This document shows, one piece after another, positions 30,357-40,117 of a DNA stretch of 64,000 bases. Source of the stretch: Gammaproteobacteria bacterium (lineage in GTDB: Bacteria; Pseudomonadota; Gammaproteobacteria; GCA-001735895); the NCBI GenBank assembly GCA_050306135.1, contig JBNLGQ010000029.1:43585-107584 (forward strand), read 5' to 3'. Made by a program: the position numbers and the translations under genes. The notes beneath the pieces are model-generated. The model did not search any database and was not told the origin of the DNA. It saw only the letters and a list, made by a program, of their open reading frames with translations. Every line of letters begins with the position of its first letter. Position 1 is the first letter of the stretch.

Positions 30357-30653
30357 TATTTTTACCTATATATGAGTAGTGGGGATTGTTAAACCATAAA
30401 ATTAGTGCGGGAAAGATTAGAATTAGTCTAAATCTAAACAAATGATCTAAGTCAAAGAATCAAGAAGTCTCAATAAGGGGTGAATGCCTGGTGGGAAATT
30501 AAATTCGAGTTGTTATCAGGAACCTCTGATTGATACAGAGGTTCCTGCGGTACAGGGATGTGTCGCCAAAAAAGATGGCTTCAAGTCATTGATTTTGTGA
30601 GAAAAATTAAAATCATATTTTTCGTTTTCGTAGTCTGATCATTCATGGATGAA

Positions 30654-31100
30654 TTATTCAGCGCTTGCCAAATTCTGATTTCGAACGCGTATGACAATAT
30701 CTACATCATCGAAATAAGTGCCTTCTGGGAGTTGAGCTGTATCAAACCGTGGGGCCAGGTCCTCGGCAATATCCGTTAACTGTCCCGTATCAACATTGTA
30801 GAAATGATGATGGTGGCTGATGTTTGAGTCATAGTAAACAGAGTTTGGATCAATGAAAATTTCAAACAACAGGCCTTTTTCGACAAATGTTGCCAGCGTG
30901 TTATAAACCGTAGCCTTGGATACCAGGAAACCCTGTTGTTTTAAAATCGTATGCAGTTGTTCGGCTGTAATGTGCTGATGCCTGGTGAAAAGAATTTTAG
31001 CGATAGCCATTCGCTGTTGGGTGGGGAAAACGCCGTGCGTACGAAGTAAATTTTCGTGATCTACTGGATTACTACTAATGTTAACGGCAAGCTGGTTCAT
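30654..31100 (-). CDS. Fur-family transcriptional regulator lacking the Cys4 zinc site, with an HHHH motif
   Basis: 148 aa. The Fur-like recognition helix is 'KATVYNTLATFVEKGLL'. An 'SHHHHFYN' His cluster is present. There are no CxxC pairs. It lies directly upstream of the cytochrome c peroxidase. Confidence 0.65.
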   Translation of the reverse strand: MNQLAVNISSNPVDHENLLRTHGVFPTQQRMAIAKILFTRHQHITAEQLHTILKQQGFLVSKATVYNTLATFVEKGLLFEIFIDPNSVYYDSNISHHHHFYNVDTGQLTDIAEDLAPRFDTAQLPEGTYFDDVDIVIRVRNQNLASAE

Positions 31101-31395
31101 ATAATTCTTAAAAATTCAAACAAATTAATGATCAATCCCCTGAAACTGGATAAATTGTAGCATTTACCACTGGCAGGGTCGAATGCATTGGAACTGCACT
31201 GTTTCAGGGAAAAAATCGGATCCGATTCAGCTATAAATTATCCATGCGAGATAAAAAAAGTCTCTATTAGTGGTGTTAAGGTAAAAGTCCATTTAGTAAT
31301 AGCTTCAATGGGGACTTTCTGTTTAAAAATATGTTGGCGTGTTTGTGGTTTATTTTGAGACCCTGGTTAAAGGGGCAGGGGGATAATGGAAAGCT

Positions 31396-31441
31396 CAGAC
31401 AGCCAGCCCAGCAAACCTTAATTTGCTTTGACTGGCTGTCT
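31396..31441. promoter_or_regulatory. Perfect 10-bp inverted repeat (AGACAGCCAG ... CTGGCTGTCT) with a 26-nt loop that contains a nested GCAAA/TTTGC hairpin
   Basis: Seen directly in the sequence, between the small secreted-protein ORF and the fur-family gene. No T-run follows on either strand. It may be an operator or an RNA structure. Confidence 0.35.
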
Positions 31442-31473
31442 AATATACTGATTAGAAACCTGTAGCTACTGGA

Positions 31474-31665
31474 TTATTCAGACTTGGGAGCCAGTTCTTG
31501 GATACACTGCTGAATAAAGTCATCATATTTATCATCAGAGATCTGCATCTCATCAGCTTTGCTAAGGCAAATTTCTTCAGCATCTTGTTCGGCAAATACA
31601 GGGGTAGTGAAAGTAGCGGCCAGCATGAGGGAAGCGGCGCTAATCAGTAAAGAAAGGGGTTTCAT
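31474..31665 (-). CDS. Small secreted protein (63 aa) with a signal peptide and two Cys
   Basis: Residues 'MKPLSLLISAASLMLAATFTTPVFA' form a signal peptide, followed by an acidic mature region of about 38 aa. There is no homology support. Confidence 0.3.
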   Translation of the reverse strand: MKPLSLLISAASLMLAATFTTPVFAEQDAEEICLSKADEMQISDDKYDDFIQQCIQELAPKSE

Positions 31666-31796
31666 TATGTTCTCCGTTTAAGAATGTTGTGCGTCTCTGG
31701 TAACCAAAAATCGCAGCTATATTTAAGAGATAGCGCTATCAAATATCCAACAAAATGTCATAATCCTGACCATCACGATTTTTGCTAGATCTGCCA

Positions 31797-32645
31797 ATGA
31801 ATATCGATCTGTTAAAGACCTTTCTTGAGGTTGCCAAACTGAAGCATTTTGGCAAAGCCGCCGACCGAGTTTGCCTTACTCAGTCCGCAGTATCTGCTCG
31901 TATAAAATTACTGGAAGATACCCTCGGAACGACTCTGTTTGTTCGCAAGCGAAATCAGATTGAACTGACTACGGCAGGCAGAAAGCTTGCAAACAGTGCA
32001 GAGCTTATTGTCAAGCAATGGGATAAAACCAAGAACGAAATCAATTTTGTTACTGAAGAGAATCAGCAACTGCTGAGTATTGGTACGGTATCTGATCTAT
32101 GGCCAATTCTTGTTCAGTCGTGGGTGATTCAATGTCAGGAGCAGAATAAAAATCTACTGTTTCAAATTCAGGCTGCTTCGCCACCGCTACTGGCGCAATC
32201 TGTAATCTCTGAACAGCTGGATGCAGCACTGGTTTTTGATGCTCCCTATCATAATGGCATCGTGTCACATGAAGTTGGTAAGCTCGAACTCCTACTGGTG
32301 AGCAGTGAACCCTGTAATATTTCGCAAGTTTCAGATAAACCCTACTGCTATGTGGACTGGGGTAGTGTGTTTTCTGATCAGCATCAGCAATTATTGGGTG
32401 ATGTACTAACTCCGGATATCACCTTCAATTTTTCAACCATGTCACTGGACTACCTGCTGGCAACCGGAGGTATGAGCTATCAGGCAAGACAACAGGTTGA
32501 AGCCTTGCTAGAAAAAGGAGTGCTTTACGAAGTGGCCGAAGCGCCAGTTTTTCAGCGAGAGATATATTTTATTTATCGCAAGTCGCATCCGATGAGTGAA
32601 TTGTTGTCGGAGATTGTGCCGCAACAGCCTAATATGATTTTATAA
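31797..32645 (+). CDS. LysR-family transcriptional regulator
   Basis: It has an N-terminal LysR HTH ('LKTFLEVAKLKHFGKAADRVCLTQSAVSARIKLLEDTLGTTLFVRKRNQIELTTAGRKL') followed by a substrate-binding domain. The ATG at 31797 is preferred over the TTG at 31782. Confidence 0.75.
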   Translation: MNIDLLKTFLEVAKLKHFGKAADRVCLTQSAVSARIKLLEDTLGTTLFVRKRNQIELTTAGRKLANSAELIVKQWDKTKNEINFVTEENQQLLSIGTVSDLWPILVQSWVIQCQEQNKNLLFQIQAASPPLLAQSVISEQLDAALVFDAPYHNGIVSHEVGKLELLLVSSEPCNISQVSDKPYCYVDWGSVFSDQHQQLLGDVLTPDITFNFSTMSLDYLLATGGMSYQARQQVEALLEKGVLYEVAEAPVFQREIYFIYRKSHPMSELLSEIVPQQPNMIL

Positions 32646-33025
32646 AAGACACCAATAAAATGCTCATACGTCAGACTGTTCTCAGGATGGAATCTGATAT
32701 TTGCTCTTCAAACCAGTGGCTGGGTAAATAAATCTGGATCAGAGTAAGTTATTCCAGTAGGCTCAAAAAAGAATAAAAAAAGTTGCATCAGGCTCACCTG
32801 GTGAGCCACTGTGCAGTTAGAATCAGGAAAAATTTAAATCATCAGGGATTCAGCATGAACATTAAGAATGTTTCTAACGTCATCACTGTTAGTGTCAATG
32901 GCATATCTCCAATGCCAAATCAAACCAGAAAATCTGTACAACAGGTTGTCGCAAGGATTGAAGGCAGGCCTCAGTAGTTAAAAAATCAGATAGATAAATA
33001 TGTTTGGAAACTAAAGGAATAATCA

Positions 33026-33985
33026 ATGGAACAACTCACTGACCTCAAAGCCATCCTTCATTCCAAACGGGCAAATATCTACTATCTGGAAAAATGCCGG
33101 GTGATGCAAAAAGACGGGCGAGTTCTTTATCTCACCGAAGCCAAAAACGAAAACCAGTACTGGAACATACCCATAGCCAACACCACCTGCATCCTGCTAG
33201 GGACAGGAACTTCAATAACTCAGGCAGCAATGAGAATGCTGGCCTCAGCCGGAGTCATGGTCGGCTTCTGTGGGGGCGGTGGCACGCCTTTACTGATGGC
33301 TACCGAAATAGAATGGCTAAGCCCGCAAAGCGAATACCGGCCCACAGAATACCTACAGGGCTGGATGCAATTCTGGTTTAATGATGACAAACGATTGCAA
33401 GCAGCCAAACAATTTCAATTAGCTCGTATTGATTACCTGAACACACTCTGGAGTAAAGACCGCGATCTAAAGTCCGAAGGCTTTGCTAGTGACTACCCCT
33501 TTATCCAACAGGCGATAGAAAACTGTCAGGCCAAAATCAAAGTCGCACCAAAAGTCAGCCAACTGCTACAGGCCGAAGCAGAGTTCACCAAACAACTCTA
33601 CAAACATGCCGCACACAGTACAAAATATGGGGACTTCACGCGCGAGCGAGAATCTGTAGATACCGCTAATGCCTTTTTAAATCATGGCAATTACCTGGCC
33701 TACGGACTAGCCGCAACAACTTTATGGGTGCTGGGTATACCACATGGCTTCGCCGTAATGCATGGTAAAACGAGGCGTGGCGCACTGGTTTTCGACATAG
33801 CCGATCTCATCAAAGACGCCATCGTCCTGCCCTGGGCGTTTATTTGTGCCAAAGAAGGAGCCAGTGAACAGGAATTCCGTCAGCAATGCCTGCAGGCGTT
33901 TACCGACCATAAGGCTCTGGATTTTATGTTTGATCAGGTGAAGGCAGTAGCTCTCAAACAGGACTGGGTGGATATACGGTCATGA
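33026..33985 (+). CDS. cas1: CRISPR integrase Cas1, type I-F
   Basis: The match to P. aeruginosa Cas1 is very close: 'ILHSKRANIYYL', 'YWNIPIANTT', 'LLGTGTSITQAAMR', 'GVMVGFCGGGGTPL', 'LTPQSEYRPTEYLQ', 'NHGNYLAYGLAATTLWVLGIPHG', and 'LVFDIADLIKD'. Confidence 0.92.
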   Translation: MEQLTDLKAILHSKRANIYYLEKCRVMQKDGRVLYLTEAKNENQYWNIPIANTTCILLGTGTSITQAAMRMLASAGVMVGFCGGGGTPLLMATEIEWLSPQSEYRPTEYLQGWMQFWFNDDKRLQAAKQFQLARIDYLNTLWSKDRDLKSEGFASDYPFIQQAIENCQAKIKVAPKVSQLLQAEAEFTKQLYKHAAHSTKYGDFTRERESVDTANAFLNHGNYLAYGLAATTLWVLGIPHGFAVMHGKTRRGALVFDIADLIKDAIVLPWAFICAKEGASEQEFRQQCLQAFTDHKALDFMFDQVKAVALKQDWVDIRS

Positions 33986-36900
33986 TGGTGACCTTTGTAT
34001 CCCAATGCGAAAAGAAAGCACTCAATCGAACTCGCAGAGTGCTGGATGCTTTTGCTGATCGTATTGGTGATAACACCTGGCAGACCGTGATAACGCAAGA
34101 GGGGCTCCTTGCAGTAAAAAAACTACTTAGAAAAACCGCAACAAAAAATACCGCAGTGAGCTGTCACTGGATACGCTCGCGATCCCGCAGTGAATTGATT
34201 TGGGTGGTGGGAAATAGAAGTAGGTTTAATGAGCAAGGTTATGTTCCGGTGAATCTAACTGATAGTCATATCGAACAATTTCAGGACAAGGTACAGTGGC
34301 AAATGTTGCCAGTTATTCAATACGCAGCAAGCATTTCAGGTTTGTTTCATGACTTCGGCAAAGCCAACAAACTGTTTCAGAAAAAAATTGACCCTCATGA
34401 CAAAGACTCATCAATATTTGAACCCTATCGGCATGAGTGGATTTCTTTACGCCTTTTTCAGGCGTTCGTAGGGGATAAAACTGATGCAGAATGGTTGGAC
34501 GAGTTGGCAGATATTAATCCTGATATCGTAGTAGCCTGCTTCCGTGATGGACTAGAAGGTGGCGTGGATAAAGAAAATAACCCATTTCTAAATCTACCTG
34601 CATTTGCGCGTATCGTAGCCTGGATTATTCTGTCACATCACCGCTTACCGTTATCGCCATCATGGCAAGACAATGAGAGGCCAGCCAGATTCGGCGAAAT
34701 GCAATCATGGTTGGAAATTGACTTTGATGCCGTCTGGAACTCCTACCGCTGTAAGGATGCAGACCAAAAAGAACGCATTGAAGACAATTGGCACTTTGCC
34801 GATAAATCACTGCCTTACTTCAGCCAACATTGGAGAGCCAAAGCCTGCACCACAGCGTCTGAGGCTAAGCAAAATCTCAGTTTATGGCTCAACGATAGTG
34901 CAAAAGACTGGATACTTGACCACTTGTTTGTCAGTCATTTGGCTCGCTTGTCAATGATGCTGGCGGATCACCATTATTCCTCTCGACCCAGAGTCACACA
35001 TAAATGGCGCAACCCCAATTACAAGGTATATGCCAACTCAGACCGATTTACAAAACAACTCAAGCAACAACTTGATGAACACTTAATTGGGGTTTCTTAC
35101 AATGCCGAGCGCATTGTGCGCAAGTTATCTAAGCTGAAAGATAGTCTGGAAAAACTCGGTGATAATGAATTTTTAAGTGAGCCGGTTTCGAAGGAGAATA
35201 AAGATGCTTTTGGTTGGCAAGATGCCGCCATAGAGGTTGTAAGAAAATGTGCCGCAGAAACAAGGGGAAAAGGTTTCTTCGGCATCAATATGGCATCCAC
35301 TGGTAAAGGCAAAACCCTCGCTAACGCCAAAATCATGTATGCACTGGGTGAAAATACAGGTGGTGTTCGTTTCAGCGTGGCACTAGGCTTGCGCACACTA
35401 ACCTTGCAAACAGGTCGCGAATTCCGCAAAGAATTAGATCTCAACGAAGAGCAGCTTGCGTTGTTAGTAGGTGGTACAGCGGTTAAACAATTATATGAAA
35501 ACAGCCAAAACCAACAACAAGGCAAGAGTGATCCTGAAGATATGGGAAGTGAATCAGGGCAGGAATATTTGCCAGATGAGCTAAAAGTGAATTACAGCGG
35601 GACTGTAACAAAGCATGCGCTCAGTGAGTGGACGAGAGAAAATCCGCGTATGGACAACATGCTATGCGCACCTGTGCTGGTAAGCACAATCGATCACCTT
35701 ATCCCCGCAACGGAAGGTGTTAGGGGAGGTAAACAAATCGCCCCGATGTTGCGCCTGTTAACCTCCGATCTTGTTTTGGACGAGCCGGATGATTTTGGCT
35801 TGGAGGATTTGCCAGCCTTATGTCGTTTGGTGCATTGGGCGGGAATGCTGGGCAGTCGTGTTTTGCTCTCTACTGCGACCATGCCGCCTGCTCTAGCCTA
35901 CGCATTATTTCAGGCATATAAAGCAGGCTGGGCACAGTATGCCAAAGCCAATCTGGCAGATTGGAATGGTGAAATTTGTTGTGCCTGGTTTGATGAGTTT
36001 AAGCGTAATGCAAGAACAACGAATGTATCTCAATTCAAAAATAGCGAAGCTAAGGGTTTGGCAGCCAAGGCGCTATTTATCAATGCACATAAATCCTTTG
36101 TGTCAGACCGGCTGGCTGAGCTAAGTAAAAACGACATTGCAAAGCGTCAGGGGGAAATCATCTACCCTGATGCACCCTTATCTCCAAGTCAAGCCATCGC
36201 CAAACTATGTCACAAAAAAATAGTTGAGCTGCACCATCAACACCATGTGCGACGAGAAGATGGTAAAACGGTGTCTATTGGTTTGATTCGTATGGCCAAC
36301 ATCAACCCATTGGTGGCAGTAGCACAGAAAATGCTGCAAATGGATGCACACCCAAACACCCGGATTCACTATTGCGTGTATCACAGCCGCTATCCCTTAG
36401 CATTACGCTCTTTCATTGAAAACCGTTTAGATACAGTGCTTTCTCGAAAGAAAGTGGATGAGTTCTGGCAACGCGAGGAAATCACCAGGCCGCTATCACA
36501 GTATCCTGACAGTAATCATCACATTTTTGTAGTCTTAGCTTCACCGGTTGCCGAGGTGGGGCGAGATCATGATTACGACTGGGCGATAGTTGAGCCAAGC
36601 TCGATGCGTTCGATAATTCAGTTGGCGGGGAGGATTTTGCGCCACCGCGAATTAGAAAAGCCGCTGAAGGCTTCCAATGTATTGATACTCAACAAAAACA
36701 CCAAAGTGCTGCAAAATGAGCAAGTTTGTTATTACCGACCAGGCTTTGAAAGCATTGGTTTAAGATTGTCACCACATGAACTGTTAGACACAAAACAGTT
36801 TGCGCAGATTGATGCATCTCCCCGTATTGAAGAGCCTGACTTAAATGGAATAGAAGTGACAGAAAAGGGGAAGTCTCCCTATATCAAATACTCCAATCTA

Positions 36901-37359
36901 AACGAGTTAGAACATGCTGCTCTTAAAAAACAGTTATTCACAGGAACTAAAAAAGCAAAGTTGTGGTGGTCAGAACAACCCCATTGGTGTGGCGAAATGC
37001 AAAAACAACAACGCTTTCGTGAGTCAAAGAAGGATGAGGCTTTTTACCTGTATGTGGATGACGAGTACAAAGAACCTAACTGGCGTTGGCTTAACGAAAA
37101 TGCGCGACCCGCCAAGTTTGGTGAGGTATCGAGTATCAACATAAAAAAAGTACCGGAATTTGGTAAAGGATTAAACAGTGGCTTCTGGTTTGAGATGGAT
37201 ACAAAGTCGATTTATAGCCAGCTAGCAGATGATTTTGGTGTTGAGTTACCTGAGGTTAGCTGCCGTTACGGCGAAGTACGAATAGTTGAATATGAAAATA
37301 ATGATGCTGAATATCTTTGGCATGAAGCTTTAGGGTTATTTCAGGAGGTTAATATCTAA
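33982..37359 (+). CDS. cas3: Cas2-Cas3 fusion (Cas2 domain + HD nuclease + SF2 helicase), type I-F
   Basis: It has an N-terminal Cas2-like segment ('VSQCEKKALNRTRRVLDAFADRIGDNTWQT...AVSCHWIRSRSRSELIWVVG'), an HD motif ('LFHDFGKANKLFQ'), Walker A ('MASTGKGKTLANAKI') and DExD ('LVLDEPDDF'). It overlaps cas1 by 4 nt. Confidence 0.92.
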   Translation: MMVTFVSQCEKKALNRTRRVLDAFADRIGDNTWQTVITQEGLLAVKKLLRKTATKNTAVSCHWIRSRSRSELIWVVGNRSRFNEQGYVPVNLTDSHIEQFQDKVQWQMLPVIQYAASISGLFHDFGKANKLFQKKIDPHDKDSSIFEPYRHEWISLRLFQAFVGDKTDAEWLDELADINPDIVVACFRDGLEGGVDKENNPFLNLPAFARIVAWIILSHHRLPLSPSWQDNERPARFGEMQSWLEIDFDAVWNSYRCKDADQKERIEDNWHFADKSLPYFSQHWRAKACTTASEAKQNLSLWLNDSAKDWILDHLFVSHLARLSMMLADHHYSSRPRVTHKWRNPNYKVYANSDRFTKQLKQQLDEHLIGVSYNAERIVRKLSKLKDSLEKLGDNEFLSEPVSKENKDAFGWQDAAIEVVRKCAAETRGKGFFGINMASTGKGKTLANAKIMYALGENTGGVRFSVALGLRTLTLQTGREFRKELDLNEEQLALLVGGTAVKQLYENSQNQQQGKSDPEDMGSESGQEYLPDELKVNYSGTVTKHALSEWTRENPRMDNMLCAPVLVSTIDHLIPATEGVRGGKQIAPMLRLLTSDLVLDEPDDFGLEDLPALCRLVHWAGMLGSRVLLSTATMPPALAYALFQAYKAGWAQYAKANLADWNGEICCAWFDEFKRNARTTNVSQFKNSEAKGLAAKALFINAHKSFVSDRLAELSKNDIAKRQGEIIYPDAPLSPSQAIAKLCHKKIVELHHQHHVRREDGKTVSIGLIRMANINPLVAVAQKMLQMDAHPNTRIHYCVYHSRYPLALRSFIENRLDTVLSRKKVDEFWQREEITRPLSQYPDSNHHIFVVLASPVAEVGRDHDYDWAIVEPSSMRSIIQLAGRILRHRELEKPLKASNVLILNKNTKVLQNEQVCYYRPGFESIGLRLSPHELLDTKQFAQIDASPRIEEPDLNGIEVTEKGKSPYIKYSNLNELEHAALKKQLFTGTKKAKLWWSEQPHWCGEMQKQQRFRESKKDEAFYLYVDDEYKEPNWRWLNENARPAKFGEVSSINIKKVPEFGKGLNSGFWFEMDTKSIYSQLADDFGVELPEVSCRYGEVRIVEYENNDAEYLWHEALGLFQEVNI

Positions 37360-38894
37360 TGAGCACAGGAAAAACAATGCATGATGCAATCCAGCATTTT
37401 ATTTTAGAGCGGAAAGCGAAGAAAGAAGAAGCTCTCCTTGCAACTAAGCTTGAGAAAGATAAGGATGGCGGGCTAAACAAAATTTTAATTAAAACCATCA
37501 AGTCTACGAAAAAAACAACTAATGATGATTTAAACAGCATTGCAACCAGAAAAAAGTCCAAAGACGAGACTTCACTAAATTTTCATGCCCAAAAATATCA
37601 TGATCTAATCACCTTGGCTGAAGGCAATCAAATAGATCTAGCGGAGTACAAAGAGACATATTTATTACAAAAACAAAAGGTGGATGATTCTCATCAGTTT
37701 GCTACGTGGTTGGATGATAATTGTAGATATGCAGAAGGTGCTTCGGTTGCAACACATGTGTCTAAGCTAACCCATTCATCCAATAAAGCATCTTGTTTTT
37801 TTGATCAAATTCATGACAAAAAATCAGGGTATGTTACAACGTCAATGATAAGCAAGCCGGTTGTCGATGGAGCTTACGATAATGCCAAGTATTCTCCAGT
37901 CGTCTCCCTGCTATTAGTTGAAAATGAAGGGCGATTTTTTTACGAAGATATCATCGAAGGTAAATATGATGGATTGCTAGGTTTTGAGGAGAACGATGAC
38001 CAAATAAATACATGGAGAACCGAGCTAAAAAAGTCAATTGATAAACCAAGCAAAGCAACTGACGGGTTATCTAAGCAAGTCTATTTTCCTTTGAAAAAAA
38101 TCTCCGTAAATTCCAACGATTGGCATTTACTCTCCGTGCTTGTTTCCTCTTCGATGGCACATTCGATCTTCAATATGACTGCATCAAAAGTGTTCAACGA
38201 CCATAATAAGTCTTTGAGGGATAAATATAGAGCTAAGTCTCTATACAGCCCCGAGACACTGATCAGCCACCCGAAAACAGCCACATTGATGGTGACTCAA
38301 AGCTCTCATCAAAATACTTCCCAACTGAATGGTGCACGCAGTGGTAGATTGATATTGACTTCATCCCAGCCACCCACATGGCAACGCCAAGTAACCCCCC
38401 CAATCTATCAAAACTCATGGTTTCGCTACGGCATTCCATACAGCACTATAAAAGAAGATATTAAATACTTACGTGAATTTTTATTACGTAATGACAGGTT
38501 AGAGTTGAGTACTCGTGACCCGAAAAAACATAAGTGGCTGGAAAGTTGGGGAGAGCAAATTCTTGATGAGGTGATGTATCAGGCCAACATCATTCAAGAG
38601 CTACCAGCAGGCTGGTCGGCAGTGGAGGACATCAAGCTCAAAAAAGCACATCAATATTTTCTTGATCCCTACCGAGATGATGTAGGCTTTCAGGGAGAGC
38701 GAGAGGCCACTGATTGGGAACCGGAAGTCTGCGCTGATTTTTCGCGCTGGTTGAATAATCATCTGAAAGGAAAAGACAAGGCCTTTTCCCCGCAACCAGA
38801 GCATAGTAAATTGTGGAAAAGTCTAATGGCTGCGGCTCTACGTGAATTGAAAGATACACAAAAATTCTCCTTTGAGAAGGAGGTAAACGCATGA
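37359..38894 (+). CDS. csy1: Csy1 / Cas8f, large subunit of the type I-F Cascade
   Basis: Blocks are shared with P. aeruginosa Csy1: 'KQVYFPL', 'LTSSQPPTWQRQVTPPIYQNSWF' (compare 'LPSLPPNWQRQNV...SSVF'), and 'FSRWLNNHL'. At 511 aa it is about 75 aa longer at the N-terminus than the 434-aa reference. Its start overlaps the cas3 stop (TAATG). Confidence 0.85.
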   Translation: MSTGKTMHDAIQHFILERKAKKEEALLATKLEKDKDGGLNKILIKTIKSTKKTTNDDLNSIATRKKSKDETSLNFHAQKYHDLITLAEGNQIDLAEYKETYLLQKQKVDDSHQFATWLDDNCRYAEGASVATHVSKLTHSSNKASCFFDQIHDKKSGYVTTSMISKPVVDGAYDNAKYSPVVSLLLVENEGRFFYEDIIEGKYDGLLGFEENDDQINTWRTELKKSIDKPSKATDGLSKQVYFPLKKISVNSNDWHLLSVLVSSSMAHSIFNMTASKVFNDHNKSLRDKYRAKSLYSPETLISHPKTATLMVTQSSHQNTSQLNGARSGRLILTSSQPPTWQRQVTPPIYQNSWFRYGIPYSTIKEDIKYLREFLLRNDRLELSTRDPKKHKWLESWGEQILDEVMYQANIIQELPAGWSAVEDIKLKKAHQYFLDPYRDDVGFQGEREATDWEPEVCADFSRWLNNHLKGKDKAFSPQPEHSKLWKSLMAAALRELKDTQKFSFEKEVNA

Positions 38895-40108
38895 GCCAAT
38901 ACATCTTACTCAATCGTATTAGAGTGCAAAATGCCAATGCGATAGCAGGCTTTACCTGGGGGTTTCCTGCGATAACGCATTTTCTTGGCTTTACCCATAA
39001 CCTGTCACGCAAACTAAGCCGGTCTGACAACTATTCCGGTATCAGCCTGACTGGTTGTGCAGTGATTGCGCATGAGCATCATGTGCATACCTATGGTAAA
39101 TATGGTGATCGATTCACTCAGGTTAAATCTTCATATATCTCAACACCTAAATTTGAAAAAGGCGTAATGAAAACGCCATCAATTATCGAAGAAGCAAAAA
39201 TGAACATGACGGTCTCTCTACTCATCAAGGTGGTGGGACGAATGGGTAATGCGACCTGGGTCGAACAGTTTACTACTTGGATAGAAAAGCAAAGCCATAT
39301 CCAGCGTTTGGCAGGCGGTACGATTTTAGACATCGCCGACGTAAAACTGCTTGATACCCACGAAAGGCGAGATCGTTACCAGCTTAAAGGTAAATTGTTG
39401 CCGGGCTTTGTACTTATGGATCGATCCAGCAGTTTGAAAAGCCGCTATCAGGTGTTGCAGAAAGAAAACCCCAACGCCGAATTACTAGACGCATGGCTGG
39501 ATTTTTCTGCATTCAAACAACAGGCTCGCCCAAAATACGATCAGATTTCAAAGTATCTGGACAAAGGCATTAAACAGGATGCAGCGACCTATGCCAGCTT
39601 GCTACACGATTGGCAAAAACACCTTGAGCATGTGCCTTATCAACAAGACAGCATCCCTGATTCATTGAAAGAGCATTTTTCAACACTTGATGCTAAAAAA
39701 TACAAGGCCTTGTTAGCGCAGTGGCAGCAATATCTGGAACCTAATGAGAAAACACCAGCCGATTGGGAGCGACTACCAAAACCCGAAGCCAGAGGTTATT
39801 TAGTGCCGTTGATGGTGGGCTACAAAGCTATCACCCCCGTTTACGACAATGCTGAAATTGCTAATACCCGCGATAGCGAAACCCCCGTTTGCTTTGTCGA
39901 GGCAGTACACAGTATTGGTGAATGGAAAAGTGCCCACCGTTTGCGCACGGAGGCTGATTTTGCCGAGAGTATTTGGCGCTATGACGACTATCAGGAACAT
40001 TGGTATTTGTGCAAGCAAGATATAGCACTTGAGACAATGGATGAACCTAACGAAACAACCACTGAAGAAGCAGTGATTAGTACCGACGATGATTATGAAG
40101 ATGACTAA
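38891..40108 (+). CDS. csy2: Csy2 / Cas5f, with an internal insertion and a polyacidic C-terminal tail
   Basis: It matches Csy2 in 'RIRVQNANAIAGFTWGFPAITHFLGF', 'LLPGFVLMDR', 'GYLVPLMVGYKAITPVY', and 'NTRDSETPVCFVEAVHSIGEWKSAHRL'. It is about 405 aa against about 327 in PA14 and ends in 'TTEEAVISTDDDYEDD'. Confidence 0.85.
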   Translation: MSQYILLNRIRVQNANAIAGFTWGFPAITHFLGFTHNLSRKLSRSDNYSGISLTGCAVIAHEHHVHTYGKYGDRFTQVKSSYISTPKFEKGVMKTPSIIEEAKMNMTVSLLIKVVGRMGNATWVEQFTTWIEKQSHIQRLAGGTILDIADVKLLDTHERRDRYQLKGKLLPGFVLMDRSSSLKSRYQVLQKENPNAELLDAWLDFSAFKQQARPKYDQISKYLDKGIKQDAATYASLLHDWQKHLEHVPYQQDSIPDSLKEHFSTLDAKKYKALLAQWQQYLEPNEKTPADWERLPKPEARGYLVPLMVGYKAITPVYDNAEIANTRDSETPVCFVEAVHSIGEWKSAHRLRTEADFAESIWRYDDYQEHWYLCKQDIALETMDEPNETTTEEAVISTDDDYEDD

Positions 40109-40117
40109 GGAGAAAGA

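Noticed and set aside
32783-32977. 64-aa ORF in the LysR-cas1 intergenic region
   Set aside because: It is short, has no RBS and no recognisable features. The region is more likely the cas operon promoter/5' UTR.
35097-35525. 142-aa antisense ORF inside cas2-3
   Set aside because: The same reasoning applies: it is embedded antisense in a strongly supported gene.
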